A stretch of DNA of 64,000 bases from NCBI RefSeq assembly GCF_028641065.1, contig NW_026576109.1, positions 1 through 64,000 of the forward strand, written 5' to 3'. Numbering within the stretch: position 1 is the stretch's first letter; the number at the start of each line of letters is the position of its first letter. Below the pieces are notes generated by a model. The model did no database searches and had not been told where the DNA came from. It was given only the letters and a program-made list of their open reading frames with translations. The stretch comes from Leucoraja erinacea. Lineage: Eukaryota. Positions 51,275 through 64,000 of the stretch are shown here, piece after piece. Both the position numbers and the translations under genes were made by a program.

Positions 51275-53903
51275 ATGCACGTTATTCCGATCGCGGTAAA
51301 AATAGTACTTGTGTATTATCCGATTCTGGCAGCAATCGGTATACCTGGTAGGTAATTGTCGGCACATCTCATGTTTGAAAAGCGCAGAATATTGAAGGTT
51401 AAGAGGACATAGCGAGAAGCCGAGCGGGGGTTCGGGCGGCACGCTGGCGCGGCGCTAGAGTAACTGTCTTACAGCGCTTGGCTGTAAGGAGTCTGTACGT
51501 TCTCTCCGTATCCTTTTTAGTTTTCCCCGAGATCTTCGGTTTGCTCCCACGCTCCATAAAAGTAAAATAAATTGTCCTTTGTGTGTGTAGCAGTGTGCTT
51601 GATCGGTGCGGATTAGGTGGGCCGGTGGTCGTGCGTTCGCGCTGTATTCCTAAACTAAACTAAAATAAGCGATGTGCCTCTTAGGAGCGAGGTAGCGCGT
51701 TGGTATATGTGATGGATGCCGCTCATTGAAGCTGGCAAAAATGTAGCCCTCGTGGCTTTTTACCAAAATCAATGCCCGTACTTGCGCTGTTGCGAGGTGA
51801 AACGAAATTTCGTCGTCGCTGTGAGTGGCAGTTTCTGTTCCACTGTGCGTACTGCACTCGGCAGAACGAGAATACACCCGATCAGTCATGTGAGACTGCA
51901 TTTTCCGTATCGCTCTTAAATTCTCATAGGGATAATTTAGCAAAGCCGGATTTGAAGGTCGTACAAACAACCTGTTCCACAAAAACGGAGCGCAGATGAA
52001 ATAAACTACACGTGCAGCGATCTTGCAGTGGAACCAAAGAATTGGTTAACTCAGCCAGTCTTGCAGCATCTCTGGAGGACCGACGCAGTCGACGTATCGG
52101 GTCAGGATCATTCTGCCGATCGGAGTCTGAAGAAGGGTCTCGAGCTGATACGTCGCATATCTATGTCCTCCAGAGATATTGCCTCCGCCACTGAGATACT
52201 CCAGCACCTTTTCTTGTCAGGTACCGTACGGAGGCCCGCCCGATGTTCGGCAGAAAATACTTGCCCGTTATGTTGTTAGCCTTGTTTGTGAAGGTTGTTT
52301 GTAATTATATTTGCTGCGCTTCACTGAAACCCTTTCATGTTCGGAAATACATTCTCGAAGGCCCAATGGAAAACAGACCGCGTTAATCCAGACCCCGATT
52401 GACTCAATGCCACGATGCAAACGTTGCTCAAGTCTCAGCAATAAAAAAGACACTGCGCATTTGAATTTACGGTTATAAAAATGAAATCAAATATTTGATA
52501 TTGGGAGGATCCCCTCTTAATTCTGATTTGATGGACGGTACTTTTGGATAGTTAATTCCATTCTTTAGAGACACTGACTGACTTGTTGAGAATATTGTAT
52601 ATTTTACATCCACGATGGATGTTACATCAATATCAAGCGATTGGCATAATTTTGTGAAAATTAGTACATAAGGCAATCCCACTAATTTTGGTCAACGGGA
52701 TTTTATTCATTTGCAGATTAAATTCCTGATTTCTAAAATCGGATTGCCTTTTGCACCAATATTTTCATCTTTATGTAATTATTTTCTACATAAGGCAATC
52801 CCACTAATTTTGGTAATCAGGAATTTAATAATTTACAGATTGAACAACTTTTTGGCAAACGTTTGACGGGTGATTTACCCAAATATTGATTCGTTAAACA
52901 AAATAGTCTCTGCCACTGGCGACACAGGTTTAAATGAATCCGTCTGCTCCCACCCACCACACAATTAATCAGTTTCTGTTTTCATTATTTCCCAGTGAAT
53001 CTGATGGCGATTGTGATCCTGTCCCGTGGCAAGTGCGGCCTCTCCAAGTGCATCACTCGTTACATGGTAGCCATGGCGACCGCGGACCTCTCTGTGATTT
53101 TCTGTGAGGTGATATTTCACCGGATTGCTGATACGTATTGGTGGCATGTCTCCTTGCCCTACACTCCTGTGTGCAAAATAACAATCTACCTCGCGTCAGT
53201 CACGGTGAATTGTTCTGTGTGGTTCACAGTCGCGTTCACATTTGATCGCTTTGTTGCGATTTCTACTCAGAAAATGAAAACCAACTATTGCACAGAGAGC
53301 ACGGCGACGATTGTTATCCTGACGGTGAGCCCGCTCGTCTGCCTCAAAAATCTACCCTTGCCCTTCGCATACACTTCTTATCGCGGAACGGGTAGAGAAC
53401 TGGGCTGCTTCAAACTCGTACATTTTTACATTCATCCCGAATGGATAGTGTTCTCTTGGGCCGAACAGTTGTTCACCCCGGTGATTCCATTCTGCCTGAT
53501 TTTGTTGTTTAACGCGCTCACCATCAGACGCATTTCCGTGGCCAGTCGGGTCCGCAGGAACCTCCGGGACCTCAGCGGTGGCGCGAAAAAGAAAGACCAG
53601 GAGATGGTGAACCGCAGACGGTCGGTCGTTTTACTTCTGGCAATCTCGAGCTCCTTCATCCTGCTCTGGGCCACAAGTGTTGCACAGTTTATTGCGGTTC
53701 GATGTTTGAATGTGTTTATGCACAAGGCCTGGGGAAACCCTTTGGAAGGATTGGAAAATGTTGGATGCATGCTTCAGCTGCTGAGCTCCTGCACCAACAC
53801 GGCCATTTACACCGTGACCCAGAGCAAGTTCAGAGAGGAGCTGTTCCGTGTGCTAACGTACCCGATCCGTTGCACTGGAAAGTTATTTAAATTGGCAAAC
53901 TGA
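51275..53903 (+). CDS. GPR139/GPR142-like class A GPCR copy 4, join(51275..51347,52996..53903)
   Basis: Exon 1 MHVIPIAVKIVLVYYPILAAIGIP, long intron homologous to the copy 2 intron, intact exon 2. Confidence 0.9.
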
Positions 53904-54629
53904 TAGTTAAAATAATATAGCAAAAGCGAGTGACCAGCTGTGCTTCATGCGTTGCTTTGCTGTAGGGTAATTATGACAACACAGCATTTAATGTGTGGAC
54001 ATTTTATGTCCATGCGCCCTGTCGGTCACGCCCAACTTCTTCTTCAATTGAGTCTCACCTCTTGTACGTTTTCCCAAGTGCTCAGTTCAATCATTCAACT
54101 TCTGTTTTTTCACGAATATATATGCATATGCCTGGAACATATTGTTTTCAAAACGAGTGATTATTTTCAGTTAAATGCGTGCAACGTGTTGTATACATGA
54201 TTTCCTTTTATCATTGATACAAACGTACTGTTGCCACAAGACTCCTCCAGGTGTCCATATGTCAACTCTGCCAACATTATCATGCAGCATCCCCTCACGG
54301 GGACATGTTTAGTCGCGAATTAGGTCAAATGTAAATCTGAGCGGAATTATTCGGTGTGATGCGGAAAATTGTGAACCATATTTCTGTCCAGTAGGCAGGC
54401 ACAATCGGAACGAAGCTCATTGTCCCTTTTCCAACTTGTCTGTTTCTTTGGATGCATCGGCGTCCATAGTCCAAATGGCTTGAATTAATTTGCTAGACTA
54501 TTACCTTCTCCGCTGCTGTCCACATTGAAATTATATCGCATCTCCCAAAAAATATTGATGATTAATGCCGATCAACTCTACAAAGCATTACTATGTGGGA
54601 GTTTTAAAACTTGCTGTCCTGAAGTGAAA

Positions 54630-56740
54630 GAATAGACAATAGACAATAGGTGCAGGAGTAGGCCATTCGACCCTTCGAGCCAGCACCGCCATTCAATGTG
54701 ATCATGGCTGATCATCCCCAATCAGTACCCCGTTCCTGCCTTCTCCCCATATCATAGAAACATGGAAACATAGAAGATAGGTGCAGGGGTAGGCCATTCG
54801 GCCCTTCGAGTCTCACCGCCATTCAATATGATCATGGCTGATCATCCAACTCAGTATCCTGTACCTGCCTTCTCTACATACCCCCTGATCCCTTTAGCCA
54901 CAAGGGCCACATCTAACTCCCTCTTAAATATAGCCAATGAACAGGCCTCAACTACCTTCTGCGGCAGAGAATTCCAGAGATTCACCACTCTCTGTGTGAA
55001 AAAAGTTTTCCTCATCTCGGTCCTAAAAGATTTCCCCCTTATCATTAAACTGTGACCCCTTGTTCTGGACTTCCCCAACATCGGGAACAATCTTCCTGCA
55101 CCTAGCCTGTCCAACCCCTTAAGAATTTTGTAAGTTTCTATAAGATCCCCCCTCAATCGTCTAAATTCTAGCGAGTCTATCCAGTCTTTCTTCATATGAA
55201 AGTCCTGACATCCCAGGAATCAGTCTGGTGAACCTTCTCTGTACTCCCTCTGCCTCCGCTCCGAATATCCCCTGACTCCGCTATTTTTAAGAGCCATATC
55301 TGGCTCTCTCTTGAAAGCATCCAGAGAACCGGCCTCCATCGCTCTCTGAGGCAGAGATTTCCACAGACTCGCAACTTTCTGTGAGAAAAAATGATTCCTC
55401 GTCTCCGTTCTAAATGGCTTAGCCCTTATTCTTAAACTGTGTGTGGCCCCTGGTTCTGGAAACAAAATTGGAAGTTTATTTCCAACTAAATAAAGGTGAA
55501 AATGTGTTTTATGAATCTTTGATACGTTTCTTTCAGCTCCACCCTGATTCCAACGCTTTTTCGCGCAGGTCTGAGGGGGGCGGTTCCCGTATCGATCGCA
55601 TGTACATCTCCGGAACTTATGTCTCTCGTGTCTCGTGGCCTCTGTGCGGCAATGGAGAAAGTAAATGGCATGTTGGCCTTCTTAGCTAGAGGATTTGAGT
55701 ATAGAAGCAAAGAGGTCATACAGCAGTTGTCCCAGGCCATGTTGAGTCCACACCTGGAGTATTGTGTGCAATTTTAGTCTCCTATTTTGAGAAAAGAAGT
55801 TCGTGCTATTGAGGGATTGCAGCGTATGTTCACCAGGTTTATTTTCGTGATGGCAGGACTGACATATAATGAAGGAATGGATCGACTGGGCTTATAATCA
55901 CTGGAATTTAGAATGATGAAAGGGTATCTTATAAAAACATATAACATTCTTGAGAGATTGGACAGGCCACATGGAAGAAAAATGCTCCCGATGTGGGGGA
56001 AGTCTAGAACTATGGGTCACAGTAGATGAATAAAGGTGAGGCCATTTAGGACTGAGATGAGGAAAACGCTTTTAACCCTGTATGTTGTGAATATGTGGAA
56101 TTCGCTGTCACAGAAGGGAGTGGATTCCAATTTTTTGGATGGTTTCAAGAAATAATTACCTATAGTTCTTAGGATAAATGGACATGGGGAGAAAGCAGAA
56201 CGGGGTATTGATTTCGGATGATGCCGGTTCGAAGGCCGGAATGGCCTATTCCTGCACTTATTTTCCCTGTTTCTTTGTATTTGTTTCTATAATCTGTGAC
56301 ACCCGTACTGATCAAGAATCTATTGATACCTGCCTAAAGGGTTAAGGGGGGACTTGATGGAGATATTTAAAATGATGAGAGGGGTAGACAGAGTTGACGT
56401 GGATAAGCTTTTCCTACTGAGAGTAGGGAAGATTCAAACAAGGGGACATGACTTGAGAATTAAGCGACATAAGTTTAGGGGTAACATGAGGGGGAACTTA
56501 TTTACTCAGAGACTGGTGGCTGTGTGGAATGAGCTTCCAGTGAAGATGGTGGAGGCAGGTTCGTTTTTTATCATTTAAAAATAAATTGGATAGTTATATG
56601 GACGGGAAAGGAATGGAGGGTTATGGTCTGAACGCAGGTGTATGGGACTAGGGGAGAATACGTGTTCGGCACGGACTAGAAGGGTCGAGATGGCCTGTTT
56701 CCGTGCTGTAATTGTTATATGGTTATATGGTTTATATGGT
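54630..56740. mobile_element. Cluster of nested CR1 3' fragments
   Basis: Several 3' UTR tails in both orientations. Confidence 0.85.
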
Positions 56741-57246
56741 TAAATATATCCACCGACTTTGCTTCCACAACCTTCTGTGGCAAAAATTCCTCCAGATTCA
56801 TCACCCTCTTAGTTAATGGTTAATGATTAATCTTTAATGTTCATAGTTTAGTGAATTTCCTATGCTCACGTGAGATTTGCGAATTTTCTCTAGATTATAG
56901 CATTTTTGTTTTAGGTGTTTGGGTTAGGCTTCTTTTATTTGCATTGGTTATTTCTTAATCAAAGGATGAACTTTGGCTATTGTTTATCCTTGTGGTCCTC
57001 GTCTGTGTCGGTAATGGTGCAAAGATATTTGCCAAGGCCCCTGCAAGCTTTCCCCTCTTTCATTAACCTACGATTGATCCCAACGAGAACCGAATATTCA
57101 TCTACAATGCACTTCAAGAACCATATCCCCGACTCCTCCTTGATCTAAAAAATGCCAATATATTGATCAATCTCCCCACAGTTCTCGCTATGCCCCATGT
57201 CTACCTCCTTCGTGAATATCGATGCAAAGTTTTAATTTTGTACAGT

Positions 57247-59340
57247 ACATAGAAACATAAAAACATAAAAAATAGGTGCAGTAGTGGGCCATTCGGCCCT
57301 TCGATCCTGCACCGCCATTCAATATCATCATGACTGATCATCCAACTCAGTATCCTGTACCTGCCTTCTCTCCACACCAACTGATTTATCCACAAGGGCC
57401 ACATCTAACTCCCTCTTAAATATAGCCAATGAACTGACCTCAACTACCTTATGTGACAGAGAATTCCAGAGATTCACCACTCTCTGTGTAAAAAATGTTT
57501 TTTTCATCTCGATCCTAAAATATTTTCCCTTTATCCTTAATCTGTGACCCCTTGTTCTGGACTTCCCCAACATCCGGAATAACCTTCCTGCGTCTAGCCT
57601 GTCCATAGAAACATAGAAATTAGGTGCAGGAGTAGGCCATGCGGCCCTTCGAGCCTGCACCGCCATTTAATATGATCATGGCTGATCATCCAACTCAGTA
57701 TCCCGTACCTGCCTTCTCTCCATACCCTCTGATCCCCTTGGCCACAAGGGCCACATCTAACTCCCTCTTAAATATAGCCAATGAACTGGCCTCAACTACC
57801 CTCTGTGGCAGAGAGTTCCAGAGATTCACCACTCTCTGTGTGAAAAATGTTCTCCTCATCTCGGTTCTAAAGGATTTCCCCCTTATCCTTAAGCTGTGAC
57901 CCCTTGTCCTGGACTTCCCCAACATCGGGAACAATCTTCCTGCATCTAGCCTGTCCAACCCCTTAAGAATGTTGTAAGTTTCTATAAGATCCCCTCTCAA
58001 TCTCCTAAATTCTAGAGAGTATAAACCAAGTCTATCCAGTCTTTCTTCATAAGACAGTCCTGACATCCCATGGCAATAATGTCCTTCCTCAGATTTGGAG
58101 ACCAAAACTGCACGCAATACTCCAGGTGTGGTCTCACCACGACCCTATACAACTGCAGTAGAACCTCCCTGCTCCTATACTCAAATCCTCTTGCTATGAA
58201 AGCCAACATGCCATTCGCTTTCTTTACTGCCTGCTGCACCTGCATGCCTACCTTCAATGACTGGTGTACCATGACACCCAGGTCTCGCTGCATCTCCCCC
58301 TTTCCCAATCGGCCACCGTTTAGATAATAATCTGCTTTCCCGTTTTTGCCACCAAAATGGATAACCTCACATTTATCCACATTAAACTGCATCTGCCAAA
58401 CATTTGCCCACTCGCCCAGCCTATCCAAGTCACCTTGCAGTCTCCTAGCATCCTCCTCACACCTAACACTGCCCCCCAGCTTAGTGTCATCCGCAAACTT
58501 GGAGATATTGCCTTCAATTCCCTCATCCAGATCATTAATATATATTGTAAATAGCTGGGGTCCCAGTACTGAGCCTTGCGGTACCCCACTAGTCACTGCC
58601 TGCCATTGTGAAAAGGACCCGTTTACTCCTACTCTTTGCTTCCTGTTTGCCAGCCAGTTCTCTATCCACATCAATACTGAACCCCCAATGCCATGTGCTT
58701 TAAGTTTGTATACTAATCTCTTATGTGGGACCTTGTCGAAAGCCTTCTGGAAGTGCAGATACACCACATCCACTGGTTCTCCCCTATCCACGCTACTAGT
58801 TACATCCTCGAAAAATTCTATAAGATTCGTCAGACATGATTTACCTTTCGTAAATCCATGCTGACTTTGTCCAATGATTTCACCACTTTCCAAATGTGCT
58901 GCTATCCCATCTTTAATAACTGACTCTAGCAGTTCCCCACTACCGATGTTAGGCTAACTGGTCTGTAATTCCCCGTTTTCTCTCTCCCTCCCTTCTTAAA
59001 AAGTGGGGTTACGTTTGCTACCCGCCAATCCTCTGGAACTACTCCAGAATCTAAAGAGTTTTGAAAGATTATTACTAATGCATCCACTATTTCTGGAGCT
59101 ACTTCCTTAAGTACTCTGGGATGCAGCCTATCTGGCCCTGGGGATTAATCGGCCTTTAATCCATTCAATTTACCCAACACCACTTCCCGACTAACCTGGA
59201 TTTCACTCAATTCCTCCACCTCCTTTGACCTGCGGGCCCCTGCTATTTCCGGCAGATCATTTATGTCTTCCTTAGTGAAGTCCAACCCATTAAGAATGTT
59301 GTAAGTTTCTATAAGATTCACCCTCAATCTTCAAAATTCT
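57247..59340 (-). mobile_element. CR1 RT and 3' end (about 57605-59280) within or next to another CR1 3' fragment
   Basis: 293-aa RT ORF 58012-58893 with FADDTKLGG; (CATAGAAA) tails. Confidence 0.92.
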
Positions 59341-60614
59341 TACGAGTACAATAATTTGGAATATTGAGGGGGGGTGGGGGTCTTATACCTCCATTCTCTC
59401 ACCTCAAGCATAAATTACATTCTTAACCTTCGATCGACTCTAACTTCGCCTTGGTTACTTCTTGGTTTTTTTTTAATGTACCCGTTAAAAATCCCTGGAG
59501 ACTTTTCGGGTCCCACTCGCCAACAACATTTCATGGCCCCTTTTATCTTGATTAATTTCCAGTTATTTTTACCTGCTTGGTATATTCCTCAAAGGACTCA
59601 TCTGAATTAATCTTTTGAAACCTTAAACAAGCTTCGCTTTTTCATTTTGACCAAATTTACAACTCCCATTAAAATTTAAAGACTGATTACCTCGCCATCC
59701 TTATCTGTCCCACCTGACCAGAATATGACGATCAGCTCGAATTTAAAACAATCCAAATCGTTAGATGTTGACATACCAACTAAACACCGCTTTCAAATTG
59801 TTCTGACCCAATTATGCTGCTACTTTCCTTATGGCACATCGGTATCATCCATCACACCACATTTTCTCCATTCTGCCATCTGGGAAGAGTTACAGGAACA
59901 TCAGCTGCAAAACCAGCAGGATGCTACACAGCTTCTTTCCACAGGGAAGAATAATGGTTAACGGACTGTGTCCCCTCCCCATATATCATACACCAACACA
60001 TCTAACCTCGCTCATACTTTGACGGCTAGGCACCTGTCAAAGCAAAGCCACAGTTCGGTCTGAATGTCTGTTTTTATTTTAATTTTTAGGCCTATTTTAG
60101 ATATGGTAATTTTAATTTTAAACCTAGATGTATTTATTCCTATTTATTAACTGCACTGACGGGAACTGATTGAGAAACATTTTTTTCCGTTTCTTCTGTG
60201 TATGTAAGTACTCAGTTAAAATGACATTAAAGTAAACACTGAACACTGAATATTGAAATACTGAATTTCAGCGAAATTGTTGCTCATTCGATTGAAGACA
60301 CAACAATAGTGGACAATATTTGAATTCATTGGAAGCGACACCTGCTTATGTTGCAGAGGTCACACAGAAATTGAACCGAGCACGAGGTGTAATATCATTA
60401 AATATCATTCATCAGATAGCGGAGTCAGTGTATATGGGGAGAGGGCATGAACGGGGTTCTGATTGGCGATGATCGGCCATGATCACATCGAATGGCGATG
60501 CAGGGTCGAAGGGCCGATTGTCCTACTCCTGACCCATTGTCGATACATGTTAGTGAGATTACAACCCTTTCGCGTCGCGTCGCGCCGACTGTTGCTGCAA
60601 GTTCAAAAACTTAC

Positions 60615-60996
60615 TAAATTCTTAAGGGGTTCGACAGGCTAGATGCAGGAAGATTGCTCCCGATGTTGGGGAAGTCCAGGACAAGGGGTCACAGCTTAAG
60701 GATAAGGGGGCAATCCTTTAAAACCGAGATGAGAAGAACCTTTTTTCACACAGAGAGTGGTGAATATCTGGAACTCTCTGCCGCAGAGGGTAGTCGAGGC
60801 CAGTTCATTGGCTATATTTAAGAGGGAGTTAGATGCGGCCCTTGTGGCTAAGGGGATCAGAGAGTATGGAGAGAAGGCAGGTACGGGATACTGAGTTGGA
60901 TGATCAGCCATGATCATATTGAATGGCGGTGCAGGCTCGAAGGGCCGAATGGCCCACTCCTGCACCTAATTTCTATGTTTCTATGTTTCTATGTTT
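60615..60996 (+). mobile_element. CR1 3' fragment
   Basis: Same family as 46463-50360; (TTTCTATG)n tail. Confidence 0.85.
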
Positions 60997-61124
60997 CACA
61001 GTACTCATCATTCAGAACCTAGACCGTGTAGCTAAAAATAAAATAAAAACACATCTCCTGCTCCGTTGGCAATTAACTTTCCACTTGTTTATTAGGAATC
61101 TGACACAAGATATTTCAGTCGTTC

Positions 61125-62035
61125 CTATTGTTTGAATCGATTGCAAATTGCCTCGAAGGGCCATTTGACCAGATTCTTCAACTGTTCTCTGAATTTAGCC
61201 TGAGTACCCGCATAAATGCACGTGTTGGTGCATGAACTGAGAAGTTCCATCATGTAACCGCTTTCTTGCAGTATGAACATTGGGTTGGTGGAATTGGAAT
61301 TGTTCGCATAATTTTTGATGAAAAATTGCACCATTACAAAATTCACAACATTGGTCAATCGCAAGAGTAGGAAGCTGCCCGAAATGGCGAATAGTATAAT
61401 AATGGACTTTCTCCTGCTCTCCATCTCTGGGTCATTCTGCTTATCTCCATGGCTCTGAGCTCGCAATCTCTTGCGGGCGCTGCTGGCCGCTAGAATGTGC
61501 CTGACCGTGAAAACATTGAGAAGCAAAATGAGCACGAACGGTACGCATGGGTTTACCATATAGAGTAGCCAGTCATATATCTTCCATGCAAGTGAAGTAT
61601 AATAGACATCCTTTATGCTGCAGTACCAAGGTATATTATCCAACACATACGCAGGTTCATATGTGAAAAAGAAAGGTACGTTTTTTACACAGTACAACAC
61701 ACACACCGTTCCGATGACGCCAGTCGCTATTTTCTCCGTGCAATATCGGACTTTCAGATGCGGACAGCAAATGGCGATGAATCGATCGAAGGTGAACGCC
61801 ACCGTTAACCAGGCGGAAGTGTCCTTGGAAAACCAACTGAACGCAATAACGAGGCTGCAGCCGGGAGTGGTGGATAGCAAACTAACGGGGAAATAAAGAG
61901 CTCGCAGACGGCTTAATATCACTGCCGCCACGATGACTAGGAAGTCCATCACCGCCATTGACAACAGATAGCGGCTGATACATTTGGAGAGCCCGCATCT
62001 TCCCTGTGCTAGTATCACAGTCGTCATCAAATTAG
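61125..62035 (-). CDS. Divergent GPR139/GPR142-like GPCR copy 5, exon 2 (exon 1 not located)
   Basis: Acceptor ctctgtccacag|CTAATTTGATG at the same position as in the other copies (NLM..VIL..GRCGLSKCI.RY). FTFDRF and NTCIY present; open to stop. Confidence 0.85.
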
Positions 62036-62689
62036 CTGTGGACAGAGGGAGACAGATTGTGAGTAGTGATGAAACGAACGTCTCAAGCCTCGCCACCACC
62101 TAGTTTTCGGTCAGTATATGTGTATTTTCTTTAAGTATCCATTCAAGAACGTTCTATGTCAATGAAGTAAATTTACTTAACGTAAATAACTTAATTAAAT
62201 TGTATTTAAGTATGTAAGTATTTTCTGGGGAAAGTATTCGTTAATGTGGCCCTTTTTCAATGGATACCTGTTTGCTGACGCGATCATGCAGCTACGTTAA
62301 TAACTCAATGGAAACCTTTTTCCTTTGCATGTTTCGTTCAGTTTAGACACGGATTTCTGGAATGACTAGGCGGGGCAGGCAGCGTCTCTGGAAAGATGGA
62401 ATGGGTGATGTTTCGAGTCGAGACCCTTCTTCGGATTGCAAAGGCGAAACGGATATTGATCTGTGTTTTAGAAGGAACTACAGATGCTGGAAATTCGAAG
62501 GTAGACAAAAATGCTGGAGGAACTCAGCGGGTGCTGCAGCATCTATGGTGCGAAGGAAATAGGCAACGTTTCGAGCCGAAACTCTTCTTCAGTATTGATC
62601 TGATCGTTTTCAAGTGCCGAATTATGTTAAACATAAAACTCGGGTAGTTGCAATATCTCATCAAGTGCGAGCCACAGTTTATTTTAGAA

Positions 62690-62975
62690 ACACAGCGGGG
62701 AATCAGAACCTTCGGCCCACCAAATCCGCGCCGTCCAGTGATCGCCGAGCAGCAGCAATATGCCACACATATGGGACAAGTTAACATTTTTGCCGAAGCC
62801 ATCATACTAGCAACTTGTACAACCCACTTTGAATGTGGGTGGAAACCGGAGCTCCCGGAAGAAACCCACGCGGTCACGGTAAAACCAACAGACTCGGTAC
62901 AGACTGCACCACGAGACAGGATCGAACCCGGGTCTCTGGCGCTGAAAGGCAGGAGGGCCACCGGCCCGCCGCGAA
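62690..62975 (-). mobile_element. tRNA-derived V-SINE (HE1-like); degenerate copies in GPCR introns at about 14455-14690, 35740-35860 and 51435-51660
   Basis: Box-B-like GGTTCGATCC and V-domain-like GTGGGTTTCTTCCGGG..CTCCGGTTTCC.CCCAC. Confidence 0.7.
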
Positions 62976-62991
62976 AATAAGGTAATAGCTT

Positions 62992-63065
62992 TGAATGACC
63001 GGGATTTGCACCTGAACATGTATTGGATCTTAAAGCCAACGCCTTAACCACTCAGCCACCCTGCT
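62992..63065 (-). pseudogene. Degenerate tRNA-Leu(TAA)-like sequence
   Basis: AGCAGGGTGGCTGAGTGGTTAAGGCGTTGGCTTTAAGATCCAAT resembles the 5' half and anticodon arm of vertebrate tRNA-Leu(TAA). Variable arm, T arm and acceptor pairing are broken. Confidence 0.6.
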
Positions 63066-64000
63066 CTGCCGATTCACCATTTACCGCAGAACGGATGATT
63101 TACACTAACCTGTCAGGAAGTAAGGATACATGGGGAGAAGAAATACACTGGAAGACACTGGAAGGCTGGCATTAAACATAATCCAGACATTGTCGGGATG
63201 CGTTCGGGACAGAGTTAGGTAGATTTATTGGGCCTAATGGAATGGAGCAGTGTTGGTGGTGGTGGGGGGGGGGGGGGGGGGGGGTGGTGGCAGGAGCGGG
63301 GTACTGATTGTGGATGTTCAGCCATGATCGCGGTGAGTGGCGGTGCTGACTTGAAGGTCCGAATGGCCCACTACTGCACTTAATGTCTATTGTCGAATAA
63401 CAATGTTCCAAGAAAAATGACTATACTGAAATTCGCTTTAAAGGAAGGTGCACAAAAATGATGGACAAACTCAGCGGGAGCAGCAGCATCGTTGGAGCGA
63501 AGGAAATAGGCTACGCAAAAATACTCAAGAGAACAATACTCACTGAACAACCAAGATAGAAGCGGAGAACGTTTCAAATGAAATCAACATAGTGCATATT
63601 TCCCCAATCGGATAGAAGTCCCAAACTATCTTAAACATCAATGCAGCGACTCACAGAGAGGCGGATGGTATCTGTGAATGTGTTAAGGACTGTCAGAGCC
63701 GGCAATTGCAAATGAACAGAGATAGGTTCACCCATTGCCTGTGGGTGCTTTAGGGAGTCATTCTGGATTGATTTTCAAAGGAGTCAACAGAAACATTTGA
63801 ACATCTCAGTTAAACATTTCATTGCAAAAGTGGGAATCCAGGCAGGACTGTTCTCGTCAAAGAACCAGTAACTTGGACCAACGCAATCGTTCATAATAAA
63901 ATGCATGACGATTTAAAGCGATGCAATCATTCCCAATCATAATCTGTTAACGAACCGAAATTAAAATGTAAGTTTTCAAAGAGAACGCGTTCTGCTCATG

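Noticed and set aside
62036-62099. ORF-track N-terminal extensions of GPCR copy 5 and of the V exons (MYPSAVVR.., MSQSPTV..)
   Set aside because: These are intron read-through upstream of clear splice acceptors; true starts lie in separate exons.
62992-63065. Functional tRNA-Leu gene
   Set aside because: The 3' half is degenerate and the acceptor stem cannot form.
1-64000. Constant-region exons, CRISPR arrays or prokaryotic systems
   Set aside because: No C1-set exon was recognised in the window, and there is no repeat-spacer array; the sequence is vertebrate-like.

Overview
Eukaryotic DNA, most likely from a cartilaginous fish (probably a skate or ray; inferred from VNAR-like V genes and CR1/V-SINE content), with five N-gaps. 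The window is part of a T-cell receptor delta-type locus on the minus strand. It has four NAR-TCR-like cassettes (leader, IgNAR-like V with 22-bp RSS, D with 12/12 RSS, J with 23-bp RSS) and two apparently leaderless 'supporting' TCR-delta V exons with a CDR1 cysteine. Interleaved on the plus strand are four two-exon GPR139/GPR142-like class A GPCR genes (three intact, one damaged), and a fifth, more divergent paralog lies on the minus strand near the end. Two cassettes are already partly recombined: cassette 1 has a D-J join (8990-9056) and cassette 4 has a V-D join (44228-44533). Each lacks the RSS-to-RSS interval kept by its paralogs, the signature of RAG coding joints. A GPCR / supporting V / NAR cassette / GPCR block occurs twice (about 1-17 kb and 35-54 kb). 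Between the blocks are two NAR cassettes with no visible supporting V. The rest is CR1, L2 and Tx1-like LINE debris, V-SINEs, short repeats with hammerhead-like cores and CT microsatellites. All calls come from reading the sequence; no database searches were run.
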